From Perkinsus chesapeaki ATCC PRA-425 (lineage: Eukaryota > Protista > Perkinsozoa): a stretch of DNA of 64,000 nt. The stretch spans positions 1-64,000 of the forward strand of contig JAAPAO010000086.1 in NCBI GenBank assembly GCA_013115145.1. The letters run 5' to 3'. Position numbers and translations under genes: made by a program. Of the stretch, positions 12,220 to 24,544 are shown in pieces; position 1 is the first letter of the stretch, and every line of letters starts with the position of its first letter. Below the pieces are notes generated by a model, which did not search any database, was not told where the DNA came from, and saw only the letters and a list, made by a program, of their open reading frames with translations.

Positions 12220-14935
12220 TCAGAACTGTTCTGGATCGGTGTCGTCAGCCTCACTAGAGTCTGCTTCTTCTTCATCGTCCTCTCTCAGTTCCATCTCAGA
12301 AAGCATTGCAAGACTTTCGGTGTGCATGCGGGTCAGTGCGCTACTGAGGTTCTGTAAAGGCAGGTTATACCAACAAATGAGAAGTAAGTTCACCTCCATG
12401 GCAAGGGAGAGTCTCTTGCTGCGCTCTTCTACCAAATGAGATAAGCGTCCTGCACTATAATTAATCGGTAGAGTAACGCGGGATACCTCCGCGAGATTTC
12501 GCCTTACAGCGACCGTTGGACCTTCAAATGAAATCAGAGGAAATATTTTGACCCTCAGGTTGAGTTGGAAGCACGAGCAGCAGTCAACAGCTCACTGGAG
12601 GTGTAGCATAATAAACAACAGTAAAGGAGAGGGCTTACGTGATCTCCCATCGACAAGCATGTGACTGAATGGTATAACGGTCCCTTTTGTTTGGCGTGTC
12701 GATGTCGCCTGAGATCGATATCGATAATAACGAAAAGTTTTATCATCTAAGCATGTTCTCGGGAAATCATCCTCACCCCTGTGGATCGCCTTGGATCCGT
12801 CGTCTGTTCTGCAGGGTTTAGTGGAGGTCCTAATTGCAGATCACTTTTGGTAGAAGCCATAAAAATTTACCCGATCCTAGAGTCGTTCCAGCCGAATACC
12901 GTGTCGACATCCTGATATTCGATGGAGATGCAGAAGAGGGGCGAGAAAGGACAGAGCGGGATGCCGTCCCTGAAACAACGATATTACGCTGGCTTACGAG
13001 GGAAACAAAGCGTCAGCTAAATCGAAAGTAGTGTGCGCCGTGCTACAATGGATGAACGATCAACACTCACTGCCAAGCATCGTCGAGCGTGCGCGGGATC
13101 TGCGAGACCTCATCGAGAATCGCGCGAGCTCCGCGGGGTTCATCATTACTAAAAGCGATAACATGCTGTTGCAGGGGGCAATTTGCAGACTGTATTCACC
13201 TGTGCCTCGAGCATCATCTATGAAATTCTTCTGCCTAGTAAGTAGATTCATTCCCCGGAATTGTTTACTCTCGTGTCTGAGAAAACCATGGAAGAATGCC
13301 GAATAGGCGTCGACGTACAATCCTCGTATGAACTGACGATAATCAAAATGTCCAACAGCTTCAGGGTCGAAGAACAGGAATAGGTTCTTCAGTGAATCCT
13401 CTTCTATTCGTATTCCTGATTGGACAATGCTTCTAGTATGCACTAGTCATCTGGACTCACCCATGACTTGGACAACTTTCCGTAGCTCCGAATAAGTGAC
13501 GACACCATCGGAGTTGAGGTCAAAACTAGCGAATATCATTGGAACGTCGTTAGCAGAGAATCCCCAATTGGCCAGCCTTTGCCGAGCTCTCTCGATTATC
13601 TATCAGGCGCGCATCAAGGAGCAACCAGGACGGTCCGGCGGATGACGTACAGTGATGAGATGTTTATTGTACCACACCTCTGAGAAACTAGCTCCAATCG
13701 CAGCAAAAGGCATCGACAAATAGACCATCTAAAGGGGTTGAGAAAATAACTATGAGGGTGACGGCGGAATGCTTGCTTACGCCCATGAAAATCATCAATG
13801 TAGACGTTATAATGCCAGGAAGGGTTTGCGGCACCATCTTACCATACCCTACCGAACAGATCGTCACAACGCTGAAATATATACCAGAAACCGCTGATTG
13901 TATCTGAATGTGGAGTGGTGCCGGAGAGCCAAAGAAGAGTAGCTGCTCGAGAGTTACATTTGGAGTTTCAGGATCATAATGCCGAGCTTGATCTCTCTCA
14001 AAGAAATAGGATAGAGATCCACCGAATACACAAACGGTAATCAACATATACATGGGAACGTAGAGCGCTTCTTTGGCATCGGTAAGGGCTCGGACCTGCG
14101 ATTCGCGATAATCAATAAGTGGAGTGGCTGCGATAGGTACCAATAGCCCCACTCCAGAAAAGTTACGAGCTGCCTTGAGTAACCGTAGACATGGACGTGT
14201 GAGCTCTATCGGAGCTAGGAAGCTACCATGATCTTGTTCACCGATAATGAAAGATAGATAAAATGGGAATATGCCCAGTATCTGAAACTGACAAAACTGA
14301 CTGGACTTGAAATGTAAGGCTCGAGGAGTATGACATCAATAATGGTAAAGAAATTCGAAAAGAATCTGGATAGACGAGGGCAAACTAATGCACGTATCTG
14401 AGTATCTCGGAAGTATCTTGAATCACCAATAGCGATAACCTACAATAACCTCAACGGTGAACACCATGACATATATGCTATCGGCGAGCTGAAGACGTCT
14501 CTCGTGCTGACTCAAACTCGGCATGCTTTGTATAATTACCAGCACCACCGACGAAGAAACGAACAATGTGTATCTGAAAGATAGGAGCTTCATCCTGTGA
14601 TGTGTGATAATAGTGTGGAGTATTATACTTACAGGATGGAGAAGTAATAAGCATATCTGCTGCTGGATGGGTCCTCCAAAAATATCCAAAGCTTTTGGGA
14701 CTTGGAACGACCCAACTACAGAGAGGACAACACTCGATAGGCCGATCTATGCGGTATAACGTCACTATCAATGAACGCCCCAAATGATATTGGAAATAAT
14801 AGTAATATTCACGGTATCCACCTGTGCTTCCAGATCTAGCCTCCAAATGGATGACGGATCGGTCTCAATGAGTTCCCGAACACTGGCCATACGTGCAACC
14901 AATGCCTGTTCTGCGAGTGTAGTGGTTCGCACCAT
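12220..14935 (-). CDS. 6-TM voltage-gated K+ channel-like subunit with C-terminal EF-hands
   Basis: Spliced translation: pre-S1 QKLWIFLEDPSSS; S1-S2 SSVVLVIIQSMP...VMVFTVE; S3 IIDV/ILGIFPFYL; S4 LAPIELTRPCLRLLKAARN; pore IYFSVVTICSVGYGKMVPQT; EF loops DLNSDGVVTYSE and DPEAVGHFDYRQ; acidic C-terminal exon ends at 12220 (3' part less certain). Confidence 0.85.
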
Positions 14936-15193
14936 TGCCCTGAATGGATCCGAGCTTTGCCCGAGATGGTGCTGCGGAGTGACCTACAGTCGTCTAACTT
15001 CATCGCGCTCTTTAAAAACAGTGCCCTCCTCGAACATTGTGCACGAAGGAGAGGAAAGCTTAAACCCTGCTCAAATATCTACCCACCAATATTGACTAAC
15101 ATATCACAATCTAGGACATGCGCCATGAAACACAATAACACAATAACATGCGATTAGTGGCAGTAGTCGTAGCTTTACCGCTGCGATCTGCAA

Positions 15194-16701
15194 GTCGATA
15201 TCCATCTGAGAAATGTGCATCATCGGCTTCTCTCCAGACCTTCGCCTACTTCCTAGTCGCTTGAATACGCAGACTCGCTAGCCACGACTGACACCGCTCG
15301 TTCAAGGACGTCTCCGCTTTTCCTCACAGCTTTAAACATAGCGGGATCGACAACCCGTCCGGCGGTTGCTGAACTTTCACTCTTTCCCCTGTTCCCTCTG
15401 CCCTCTCGAATGCTGGCTCGTTTTGCCCTTCTATCTTGGCTCGTCATCTCTACATCAGTTAGTCCACTTACAGTGCCGCTTATGGGATTGCCACCGAGCC
15501 CAGCGAAAGGTAGGCTCAGGTGCGGCTTCTCGAGTGCGGGGTCTCTATTGGTTTCTGTCGAGTTTTTCCGTGAAGCCACAGGGTCGGTGCTGCCGAATTC
15601 GCTCCCCGACAGCTTTTTAGGACTGCCTTCTTCGACCCTCAGGCTGCTAGGGTCGCTTTTTTGAGACGAGCTCCTGCCCAAACTGTCAAGTACGTCGGAG
15701 GCTTCGGTGACCCAAATGCCCCTTTGAACGGTTTGCTCGGGTCCGATCATATCGCCAGAATAAGATCTTCTGAGTCCCACCGAGGAAAAGAATTGAGGAA
15801 CTTCCTCATCGTCGGAATAGTCCAATTCGTTTCGCTCTCGTCGCGTCGAATCGGTGCTGAACCTTCGGACGACACTTGTTTTACGCCACCAGTTGGGAAG
15901 CCGTTGAACATGCGCCTTCCCACTGGCCATCAAATTCGTTATGCGTTCCCCGACTGAATTTATAGCTTGGGCGATTCCATTGGAGCCATCAAGGTTGGGG
16001 AGAGAAGATCGTCGACGACGTGGTGGTCCTTCAGACTCTCGTTCCCAGAGCACTTCATACCACGGTTTAGCAGCTTGAACCAGAGCCCCATCCTCATCAA
16101 ATAGGAAGCTACTCTTCCACAAATCATACGACGCTTTCCCGGCCACTAAAGGCAACTGCCTAGTCACCTCATCTGGGAGCGGATCGCGAGGACCGTTAGA
16201 GACTTGACAATGAATCTGTCGTTGACGAAAGGCTGGGTAATGACATACACCGATGTTAGTTCCGTCGGGGGCTCTCGAACGACCTCTTTCAAGAAATAAC
16301 TGCGACTGACGTGCCGCAGTTACTTGAGCTTCAGCGCGGCGGTTGCTCTCGAGCTGCAGAAAAACAATTAATGCGCAGTCGCTGGCGAAAAGTCTTTGCC
16401 AAGGAGAACGTGTTGAGTTAAGAACGCCGTATGCAAGTCGAAAGCGACAGAAACGAAGAAAAAACTGACACTGAATTATCCAGTTTTTTTTCAAACCAGT
16501 CTAAATGGATCGTCACCTCAAGCCATGCGATCATCCACATAACGAGGCTGTCCTCCTCCGGCATATCCTCAAGGCAATCAGCTACCAACTTCTGTATTAA
16601 AGGGAAAAGCTGGTGCACAAGATATCTAGCCTTCTCAGGTCCGACTTGGGGAGGCAAAGCCATCTGAAGCTCTCTCTTATGCTTGACCAGATCGGCATTG
16701 G
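15194..16701. repeat. Segmental duplication, copy 2 (pairs with 8489-9981)
   Basis: Direct sequence match to 8489-9981, from gtcgatatccatctgag to gcttgaccagatcggcattgg. Confidence 0.97.
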
Positions 16702-16714
16702 TAAGGGCTGGCAT
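15253..16714 (-). CDS. Dpy-30/RIIa dimerisation-docking domain protein, copy 2 (spliced)
   Basis: MPALTNADLVKH...WMIAWLE first exon identical over the D/D-like segment to copy 1; 413-aa ORF covers the downstream exons and ends ASESAYSSD as in copy 1. Confidence 0.65.
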
Positions 16715-17075
16715 TCGTCACTCCTTGCCTGATGCACCAAGATGAAATCAATCTGATTCAACGCACTTGTATAAACTCTAACAATGAAGTAGCGCAGTAT
16801 TGGAAGGAGTTATTTATCTACTATCGCTTGAAGGCTCCTCGAGGGCATCTGGCAGATAACCAGCATGATGGTAGAGCCCAACAGCGCAAGACACTGATAC
16901 GACAGAGACAAAAAATCAAGTATGATGATAGTAATCATCCAAGGCTTTGTATGACAGGTTGCTCTGGGCTTGACCCAACTGGAGGGTTGCTGCTACGACT
17001 CGCACCTGAAAGCAAGCTTCGAAGATGTGTGGGGGGGCTCATGTATCGAACGAGTGGAGGCTAGACTATGTAGAG

Positions 17076-20000
17076 CTACAGCCCACCCATGCCATTAGCC
17101 GACTGATGCTCAGCCAGGTAACGGAGGATCTCCAGGAGCAGCGGCTTATCCAGCGAGGCTAACTTGTCCTGTCGCCCTAAGTATGAAGGCGTCATCTGGC
17201 CAGCGAAGAAGCAGCAGCAAATCGTACCAACTGCAGGGAAGTGCTCTACGATGAAGTCAAGGGCCATCTTTCGTACTGGTCCGACATTTAAGGAGGCCGA
17301 GGCTTCGAAGACATCTACCACGATAAGCTCGTCGGTAAGCTCCCAACTAATGCTACCGAGGACGTCTCTCTCATTGAAGGACTGTCGAAGGGCAACCTCA
17401 CAAAAGTAACGCAATCGTGAGTTAGTGAGCTGATAGAAGTCGGAGGCATCTACGAGGTATCTGAGAATACTATATGATTATACCTGTACAATAGGGAGCT
17501 GCTGCACTTACATCGCTGTTTGGGGCACCATACTGGTGGTGCCGGTATAGACATACTCTAAGAAGGTTTTAAAGCCTGCGGCTGTCATGGAGGACGTCCC
17601 CTCAGGCATCACCTTACGAGCAATAAGAGACAAGTCAACAACAAGGAACACATCGTACCAGACGATTCTTCTGTGACTCGCTCATACCAGATTGCATAAG
17701 CATTGAGAAATACTGGCATCGAGCTGCTAGTACGAAGCTGTGGCAGCGGAAGGCCACACCTTGCACTACGACCTGATACCCGGTTTCGGCTCAGGATGGG
17801 AGTGGGCGAGTATCCCACTTCAAAGTCTCCTTCCAGATCGTCTATTAGTAACTTTTCCATGTCAACATGCAGCGATGATGCTTCTACCTAAGAGACGCTT
17901 CTTCGATAGCAAAGAGACAGCGTATACCGAGATGGGCGCCAGAGGAAGTCTGCGCTGATAAGTGAAGGCTGCGGAGCCCTCTTCACCAGGACCGGGCGCT
18001 AGGTGTATATCCGCAGATGCATCCGTTAGGTAGGACTGAAGTATCATGTTTGCTCAGTCGAGCCGTCAAAGTACTCCTCGTGGAGGGGAGTTGAGTCGCC
18101 CCCCACCGGCGATGTGCGATGGGTTCTGCGTTGCCTGTGTCGTGCATCGCATAAGTTGGCACAGCAGGCGAGGGTCCAGTGTCTCGCAGCTCTCGAGGGC
18201 AGCTGACAACAACCGATGGCCGGCGTCGGCGGCGGCGCGAGGAATAAAGGCCGTACCGCATTCAGCGTAGTTGTTAAGGAAGAAGTACTTGCAAGTTTCA
18301 ACGAGGCTCCGAGTGGTCGGCGTGATGATGCCCTACATCAACTTGCCGCGTGCTTGGGACATCGCGTCTCACGGTATCGTAGCAGTCCCGTAATATAAGA
18401 ACAACGAACTCAGGGCGGAGCTTTATACGGATCTGCCTGTGGCAAAGGGCAGCTAGCCGATCGAGACGGTACCTGGTAGAGGAGATCTCACAGCAGCAGC
18501 AGCGGCGGCGTTTCACGGACTTTGCTGCCTCTGTGAAAAGAGCATAGAGCTCCATACATGTCATCACCGTTAAGTCGAGTACTCTATCACTGTGAATGTA
18601 GTACAAAAGGCGGAGGGTTGTCGACCGGTCTGGGCCTAGGAAACCAGCCTCAGTACTTGCGGTGGAGGCAGAGCTGGCTCGTCTGACCTTCGCCCATCGA
18701 AAGCTGCCACTTCCAGCGCCCCAGTCCATGAGAGCCATCAGGTGTCTAATAGAGTCCAATAAACAGAAACGAAGATCTATCTGTAGACCTCCATCAATCG
18801 GCCTGCCAGGACCGGGCATCGAGTCCTCAGCAGAGGTCTGCTCGCAAATAGCTCCCAGTCAGCAGCGGCATCAGCAGCGGTGGCCGAGGGCACCACCAGC
18901 ACCTAACTTGAAGCATAGAAGGATAACAAGCTGACGCTCAACGGTACGTCACACATGGAGCCACTACAATCCCCTTGGCACTTCAAGAACCGGTCTCCGA
19001 GATCGGAGCTCAGCGTGCACACTGGTGGGATAGCAGATAGGACGAATCGGGAGACGTCGTTGTGTCTGAAGCACCGAGGCCTCTTCATATCTCGTCTAAA
19101 ATAGCTTGACATGCCTGATGTGGCCCGAAGAGCCGCCAAAAATGACCATAGAGTCAAGCTCATCTGCCCCACTGCTGCCGGGCGCGCACCAGCTGTCCGG
19201 CCCTGGACTCGACAACGCTGAATGAATTGGCTGGGGCGCGGTCGCGACTGCTGCATGGAAGTCTCGCCCCGGTGGTGCTTCAAGAGTATGTACCGGTAAC
19301 TGAGGGCAGCTGAGCTACTGTGGTGATGATCGACAAACTGGCGGCACAGACCTGGCTCCAGACTTGAGTGTCGATGTCGAAGGTGAGCAAGTCATTGGTC
19401 CTCCGGCCATCATTCCCACCATACACCAACACCTTGGAGTCGTGGAGCACCGCCGCGTGAGCGTATCTATCTGGGCGCTACGGAGCTACTGTCGCCTGAT
19501 AAACTTACCGGCCTTGTTGAAACAGATCCAGCCCAGAACAGACCAATCTTCGCCAGGTATTTGTACAAAAGTTAAATTCGAACACGTCACCATAGCGTGC
19601 TGTACCAGAGCCACCAACAACGTACATGCAATCATTCCGCACCAGTGCTTGATGCCGGTACCTGAGCATCGACATCGGCCATTCTATCGAGTGCGGTTGC
19701 AGTCCTGACCTCCCAGTTGGCTGCTCTCCGTTCATTATAACACCAAACCAGCGCTTAGAGACCAAGTCGAACCTGTGCATGTCAGTGGGATAGTTTGTGC
19801 CATGTGTGCCGCCCCAGATATATAGCTGCTCATGATGTTGGACCATACACTGACCATACCGGGCTGTTGGGGCATCCTGAAGCTCTGAGTTAAGAGGCGG
19901 GTTGGCCTGAGCGGGCGCAAATGAAACTTGTGCGGCGGGCCGACAGAGCTCACCATGCCAACGTGGCCCACGCCTCCAGGGCGATCGATTGAAACTTCAG

Positions 20001-20474
20001 CGCCTAGAGCGTTCGGTGGGGTGGTGGGCCGCATTGGGGAGGCATTTGTAGATATACCCACCTCACACAGGAGAGACCAAGTACTAGTGTCGTAGGCGAA
20101 CTCATAGAGATCGCACTTGTTAGTATACCCAAAGTGGGATCCGCTGCCACCAAAGACGAACATGGATCCAGCGAGCTCGTCAGAGGTAGCAGTATGGGAC
20201 GCTCTCCCGCTGGGCTTGTCACCATGGCCTTCAATCCTCGTCCACTCTAGCTTGTCCAAATCAAGCTTGTAAAGATCATCGAAGCACTGCTCGCCGTCGA
20301 ATCCACCAAACACATAAAGATACCTACAATGTAGCCTACCACCACCACATATTAGCGAACCACTCGCCTGGAACGGTAAATGCAGGCTGTGTGGCCACTG
20401 CGTATCCGGGGGATGTCACCGGTGCAGTTGGATAGAGGCTCCCAGTAAGGGTACTGCCGAACGCCTGAAGCCAT
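17076..20474 (-). CDS. LZTR1: LZTR1-like Kelch-repeat + BTB-BACK protein (CUL3 adaptor type)
   Basis: Kelch repeats: RSGHTAC..VFGGFDG, RASHTA..VFGGSG, ..IWGGTHG, RHQA..VVGGSG..W; then two BTB/BACK-like segments (RLDRLAALCHRQI; RYFCEVALRQ...RKMALDFIVEHF...LLLEIL). Start may lie slightly further upstream. Confidence 0.75.
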
Positions 20475-20642
20475 GGTAGCTTCCTGAGCATCAGCTGGGG
20501 AATCTGCAGCCGACGGGGCCGCAGTAGGCGGGGGCGTTCGAGAAAGCGAATACACGGTGAAGACTGATGAGACAGTATAACGGAAGCAACTCAACAACAA
20601 CGGAATTGACAACACCATTGGTGACAAAGAACACCGTGAGCT

Positions 20643-23600
20643 TTATGTAGAACTATCGGCCACTTCAGTGATGTCTGCTTCTTCTTCGGCGGCTTTCTCA
20701 TCCTCTCCAGAGGCATCTTCAGGTAGCTCTGCCAGCTCTGCCGCAGCCGCTGCCTCTTCACGTTTAGTCTTCCTCTTTTCCCGTCTCTTTTTGACCAGCT
20801 CCGTGTGCCTCTTCTGTAGTTCCAGGACCTCAGGTGGTAGAGGCTCAGCCTGGGAGGACCGCTGGCTCCCCTAAGGATGACCCAAATCAGCAGCCCACTC
20901 CAGAGTGAATCCGATTGCCATGGATCCGAGGTCAACAAGAGTTCCCGATCCGCTGGGTAAGTTGGAAAATCAGCACTCTTACCGCTAAGGATGGTTTCCT
21001 CATCCTCGACATCATGGATGGTGCCAGGAAGCTTGGTCGCTGCGAGACTAACGAAGAGCACCGCTATGTGGTCAACCGCAGCCAGTCTCACCATGACTTC
21101 TATCAGAATTGGTAGAACTGCGCCTTTTGAGCCGCAGGGAGCTTCTTCTGCGACTGAGCCGACGGCTACAAGGAAACGGTGCACTTGGTTTTGGACGGAG
21201 TGCTCACGTCGATGCCGGTGTCTCCGGTGGGAAGAGTGGGTACTCTTTATCAAGCGAGGCTATTTCAGCCTTAGGTATATAGGGGAAGAGATCGCCTATA
21301 AAGTAGAGGCATGTAACTCAGCATGGGGCTGTGGTGGGAGCTACCTTGCATAAATGGCTGGTAGAATAGCCCAGCATCCTTCATTCGAAAGTAGTGTGGA
21401 ACCCAGGCTCTAACGTGGTCCACTGGTGGTATCAAAGTCTTGTTCGTTACAGGATCGAACGCTACCTCCCCAAGGAGACCTGAACAAGCGAACAGATTGA
21501 AGTGGCGGCGGCAATGCTAACTTTTCCAGCGTAACGTTACCTCGGAGCTCGGCTATAGTAAGTCCTCCTGCACTGTCGGTATGCCTCATCACAGCTCTCT
21601 GTAGGTGCCACACATCCACTGGACCACGACCGTATTCATTCCATATATAGGAAGTCACCAGCTGAACCTGCACCGGGAATATGCCCCCACAGCCGCTTTC
21701 TCCATGCCATCAGAATCAGCACCCACCAGCTGCTTCTCACAAGTCTCCCGGTCCACCACACCGTGTGGACCACTGGTGCCATGCTGCTCCTCGCCACCTC
21801 GATCGTTTGCTGCTACCGTGGACTGAATCCAACACACCATACCATTGCCTCCGCTTGAGGTGGACTAACCTGCATGAGCATGTCCAGTTCATTGGCTTCT
21901 GCATTCGCCTTCTCATCCTCCATAAGCCTAGAGACTTTAGCTGCCTCCTTCAAGAAGGCCCCACCGGGCCTAGTGTCGAAGAGCCAGCATACAAAGGATA
22001 CCGTATTGGTCAGGAAGTCCACCATTTCCTGAACTCGTCAACTGAGCCGAGGAGCGAGGCAGCTCTGTAACTCACCACAAGCCCATGGAGATTCGTTCGG
22101 AATGACATAAGGAGGATGCGGATGACAACTCTCGGGAGACAAATGCCTTTAATCGACAGCAGCACTTCCCGTAGTTGCCACAAAGGGACGCATCGGGGGC
22201 ACTCTTCACCTAATAAAGGGGTATGCCCTAACCAGCTTGCAGGAGCCAACCTATAGCGTTGGTCCAGTAGAGGCCCCCGGCTCTCAGGCCATCAACCAGG
22301 CGACGATGGACCGCAGCAGGATCGCCCTCGATGAGACTGTTAATAAGGCACTGGGCCCGTATGGCCAGCAGCTGCCACTGAAGGTCGGCTATCATTACGT
22401 CCGGAGCCTACACGACTGGTCAGGATAGAACAACCGGCGCAAAGTGCTTACATTGTGCGCCGCAAACTTGTGAAGGGTCTTCCTATTCGCCGCCTGCGTG
22501 CCGCCGCCGTTCTTCGTTGGATGCTTCCGTACCGCTGCCACGTCCATCATACCAAACTCGTCCTCTTCGATCACCTGCAGTGCCTCTCTGTGGTGGGACC
22601 GTCGACCACCCGAGCTTACTTGCATCAGCAGCACTGCCTCCTGTGGCGATATCACACCCCTTCCCTCAGTGCTGTGCAACAGATGCCCGAGCTCGCTCCT
22701 GATGGAGAGTGGAGTACGTCTACTCGTCGTGACCCTTACCGATGTAAGACGATAGTAGGCTGCTTGTCCTCTACGGTCCTCTCCTGGTCCTCTTCTAAAC
22801 AACGATAACCCTTCTTATGGAGCCGCCGCGGAGTGTCCGACCTCCTCCAGGCCCCTGATTAATTTCTCTTTCCTTTGCATACTGTACACACATCTCCATC
22901 AAGTGGCGTGCCGTATTCTCTATTTCGGAGCCGAAGCATTGCTCTACTCGCTCCAACCTACAGCGGGTCTCCAAATGCCCAACACTTCGAGGCCTACATC
23001 TCTCGGAATTTGCCAGCCACGAGCTGGCCATCTTCATCGAACTCCGGTCCGTCCTCCTCAGACGAATCTATATGCAACAGCAGCACCAGTGCTCTCCGTT
23101 AAGGCCACTTTCTGCCGTGCCTCACCAGCTGACAGCTTGCCCTCGTCTTCTGCTCTGGCATCGCGCCTCCGTCTAGTGTCAGTAACAAAAGCTGTTGCAT
23201 TATCCACCAGACCCTTATAAGCTACCCGACCTAACGAGAGTAGAACTAGTAGGTTAAACACCAGAGGAGGTAAACACATAGGAGAACTAACTGCCCGGCG
23301 AATATGGCCTCGGTATAGGAGGACCACAGCTCTAAGGATGCTAGGCCAGTGTGCGGGAAGATACATAACAAAGATCGCCTCGCAGGCCTCTTAAGGAAGT
23401 CGGGAGAAATGCGTGAGGGAGACAGACGAGATCAGTCGGGAGAAATGAGTAATTCTACCGTCTCTTCCCTCCTCTGCAGCCGCCAGCATTATCTTCACGT
23501 CCCAACGCTTCATTCGCTGCTGTGTACCTAGTGTTGCTTCTAAGATATCCGCTACCTGTAAGGTTCAAGCGGGTAAGATTCTTCAGAGGTTGAAAGATAT

Positions 23601-24485
23601 ACCTCTTTATGTGTTAGCACTCCGAGGCCATCTTCATCAACAGCTTCGAACATATGCCGGAACAGCTCTTCAAGGTTCCCCGCTGCTTTGGTCTTCGGCG
23701 AATCAGGGTAACTAGCATCCAGCGTTCGGACCCCCTAGAGGCACATCTCCGCTTCTTACCGGCTCATAATGGAGGCGTCCGTAGACCCATTGACCGTCAA
23801 AGAGCTTTGCTCTCCTCCCTCACCAGACGTGTCTATATTAATTCCTAACAAACAGTTATCATTACCATTATCCTGCTGTACCCCACCTACCCCACGAAGC
23901 GTCCGATACACTGTCAGTTGGTGGTGTGCTAGTGCCGTGCTCCTCAGTAGGCTCGTCTGCTACCTCTCCCACCTCATCTGGCCGCTTCATCCCCTCCTTT
24001 GTGACCCTAGTACGCTCAAACTCCGTCCGCAGGTCCAACAACGATCGAGTTCGTCTGTATCACAGTTGATAATAACCATCTCACCCCCTCTTACTCCTTG
24101 GACTCCATTGTCCTATCAATCCGTCTAAGGTTGTTAACATTCGCCGTGGACTCTCGACTCAGCACAAGATCTTCAAACTCAAAGTGGTAGTATAACCCAG
24201 TCACTCCATCATCTCCCTCTATTACGTAGAAGTAACTGAGGAGCCCGCAGCAGCTCTACACCACAGGCTGCCGCCCTCCTCCTACACATCCACGGTCACC
24301 AACGGTATAGGCTCGGTCTTCGTAGGTGCACTGAATTTAACCCGGAATATTTCATGCTTCGCTCCGTCCTCTATTCGGCTGCCCAAATGAGCAATGTGAT
24401 GCATGTACCGCTGGTTTGTCCCCCAACGCTCGACTTCCTCCTCGACTGCAGCCCTTGAGGCGTCCGAGGGTATCGATTCTACCAT
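20643..24485 (-). CDS. AKAP14/AKAP28-domain + EF-hand protein (probably flagellar), multi-exon
   Basis: Spliced N-terminus YMHHIAHLG...FRVKFSAPTKTEPIPLVTVDVYFYVIE...LYYHFEFEDLV resembles the AKAP28 domain (VxWSxPTxxxPIPxxTxxVYF); EF loop FEAVDEDGLGVLTHKE; Lys/Glu-rich last exon ends EVADSST at 20643. Internal exon joins approximate. Confidence 0.6.
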
Positions 24486-24544
24486 TTCTAATAACTAAGT
24501 CCACTCCTCCCTCAATTCCATTGACGAACTCAACCTAGAAGGAT

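Noticed and set aside
13838-13843. GGTAAG in the channel filter as a real splice donor that would remove the GYGK anomaly
   Set aside because: The following MVPQTLPG matches the normal post-filter sequence and no acceptor allows a plausible intron; kept only as a caveat.
20591-21253. 220-aa ORF as a stand-alone gene
   Set aside because: It reads through introns and its 3' part is out of frame with the Lys/Glu-rich last exon ending at 20643; treated as part of the AKAP28/EF-hand gene.
23398-23447. 14-bp direct repeat AGTCGGGAGAAATG (23398-23411 and 23434-23447)
   Set aside because: Two copies only, probably a slippage duplication inside an intron; not an array.
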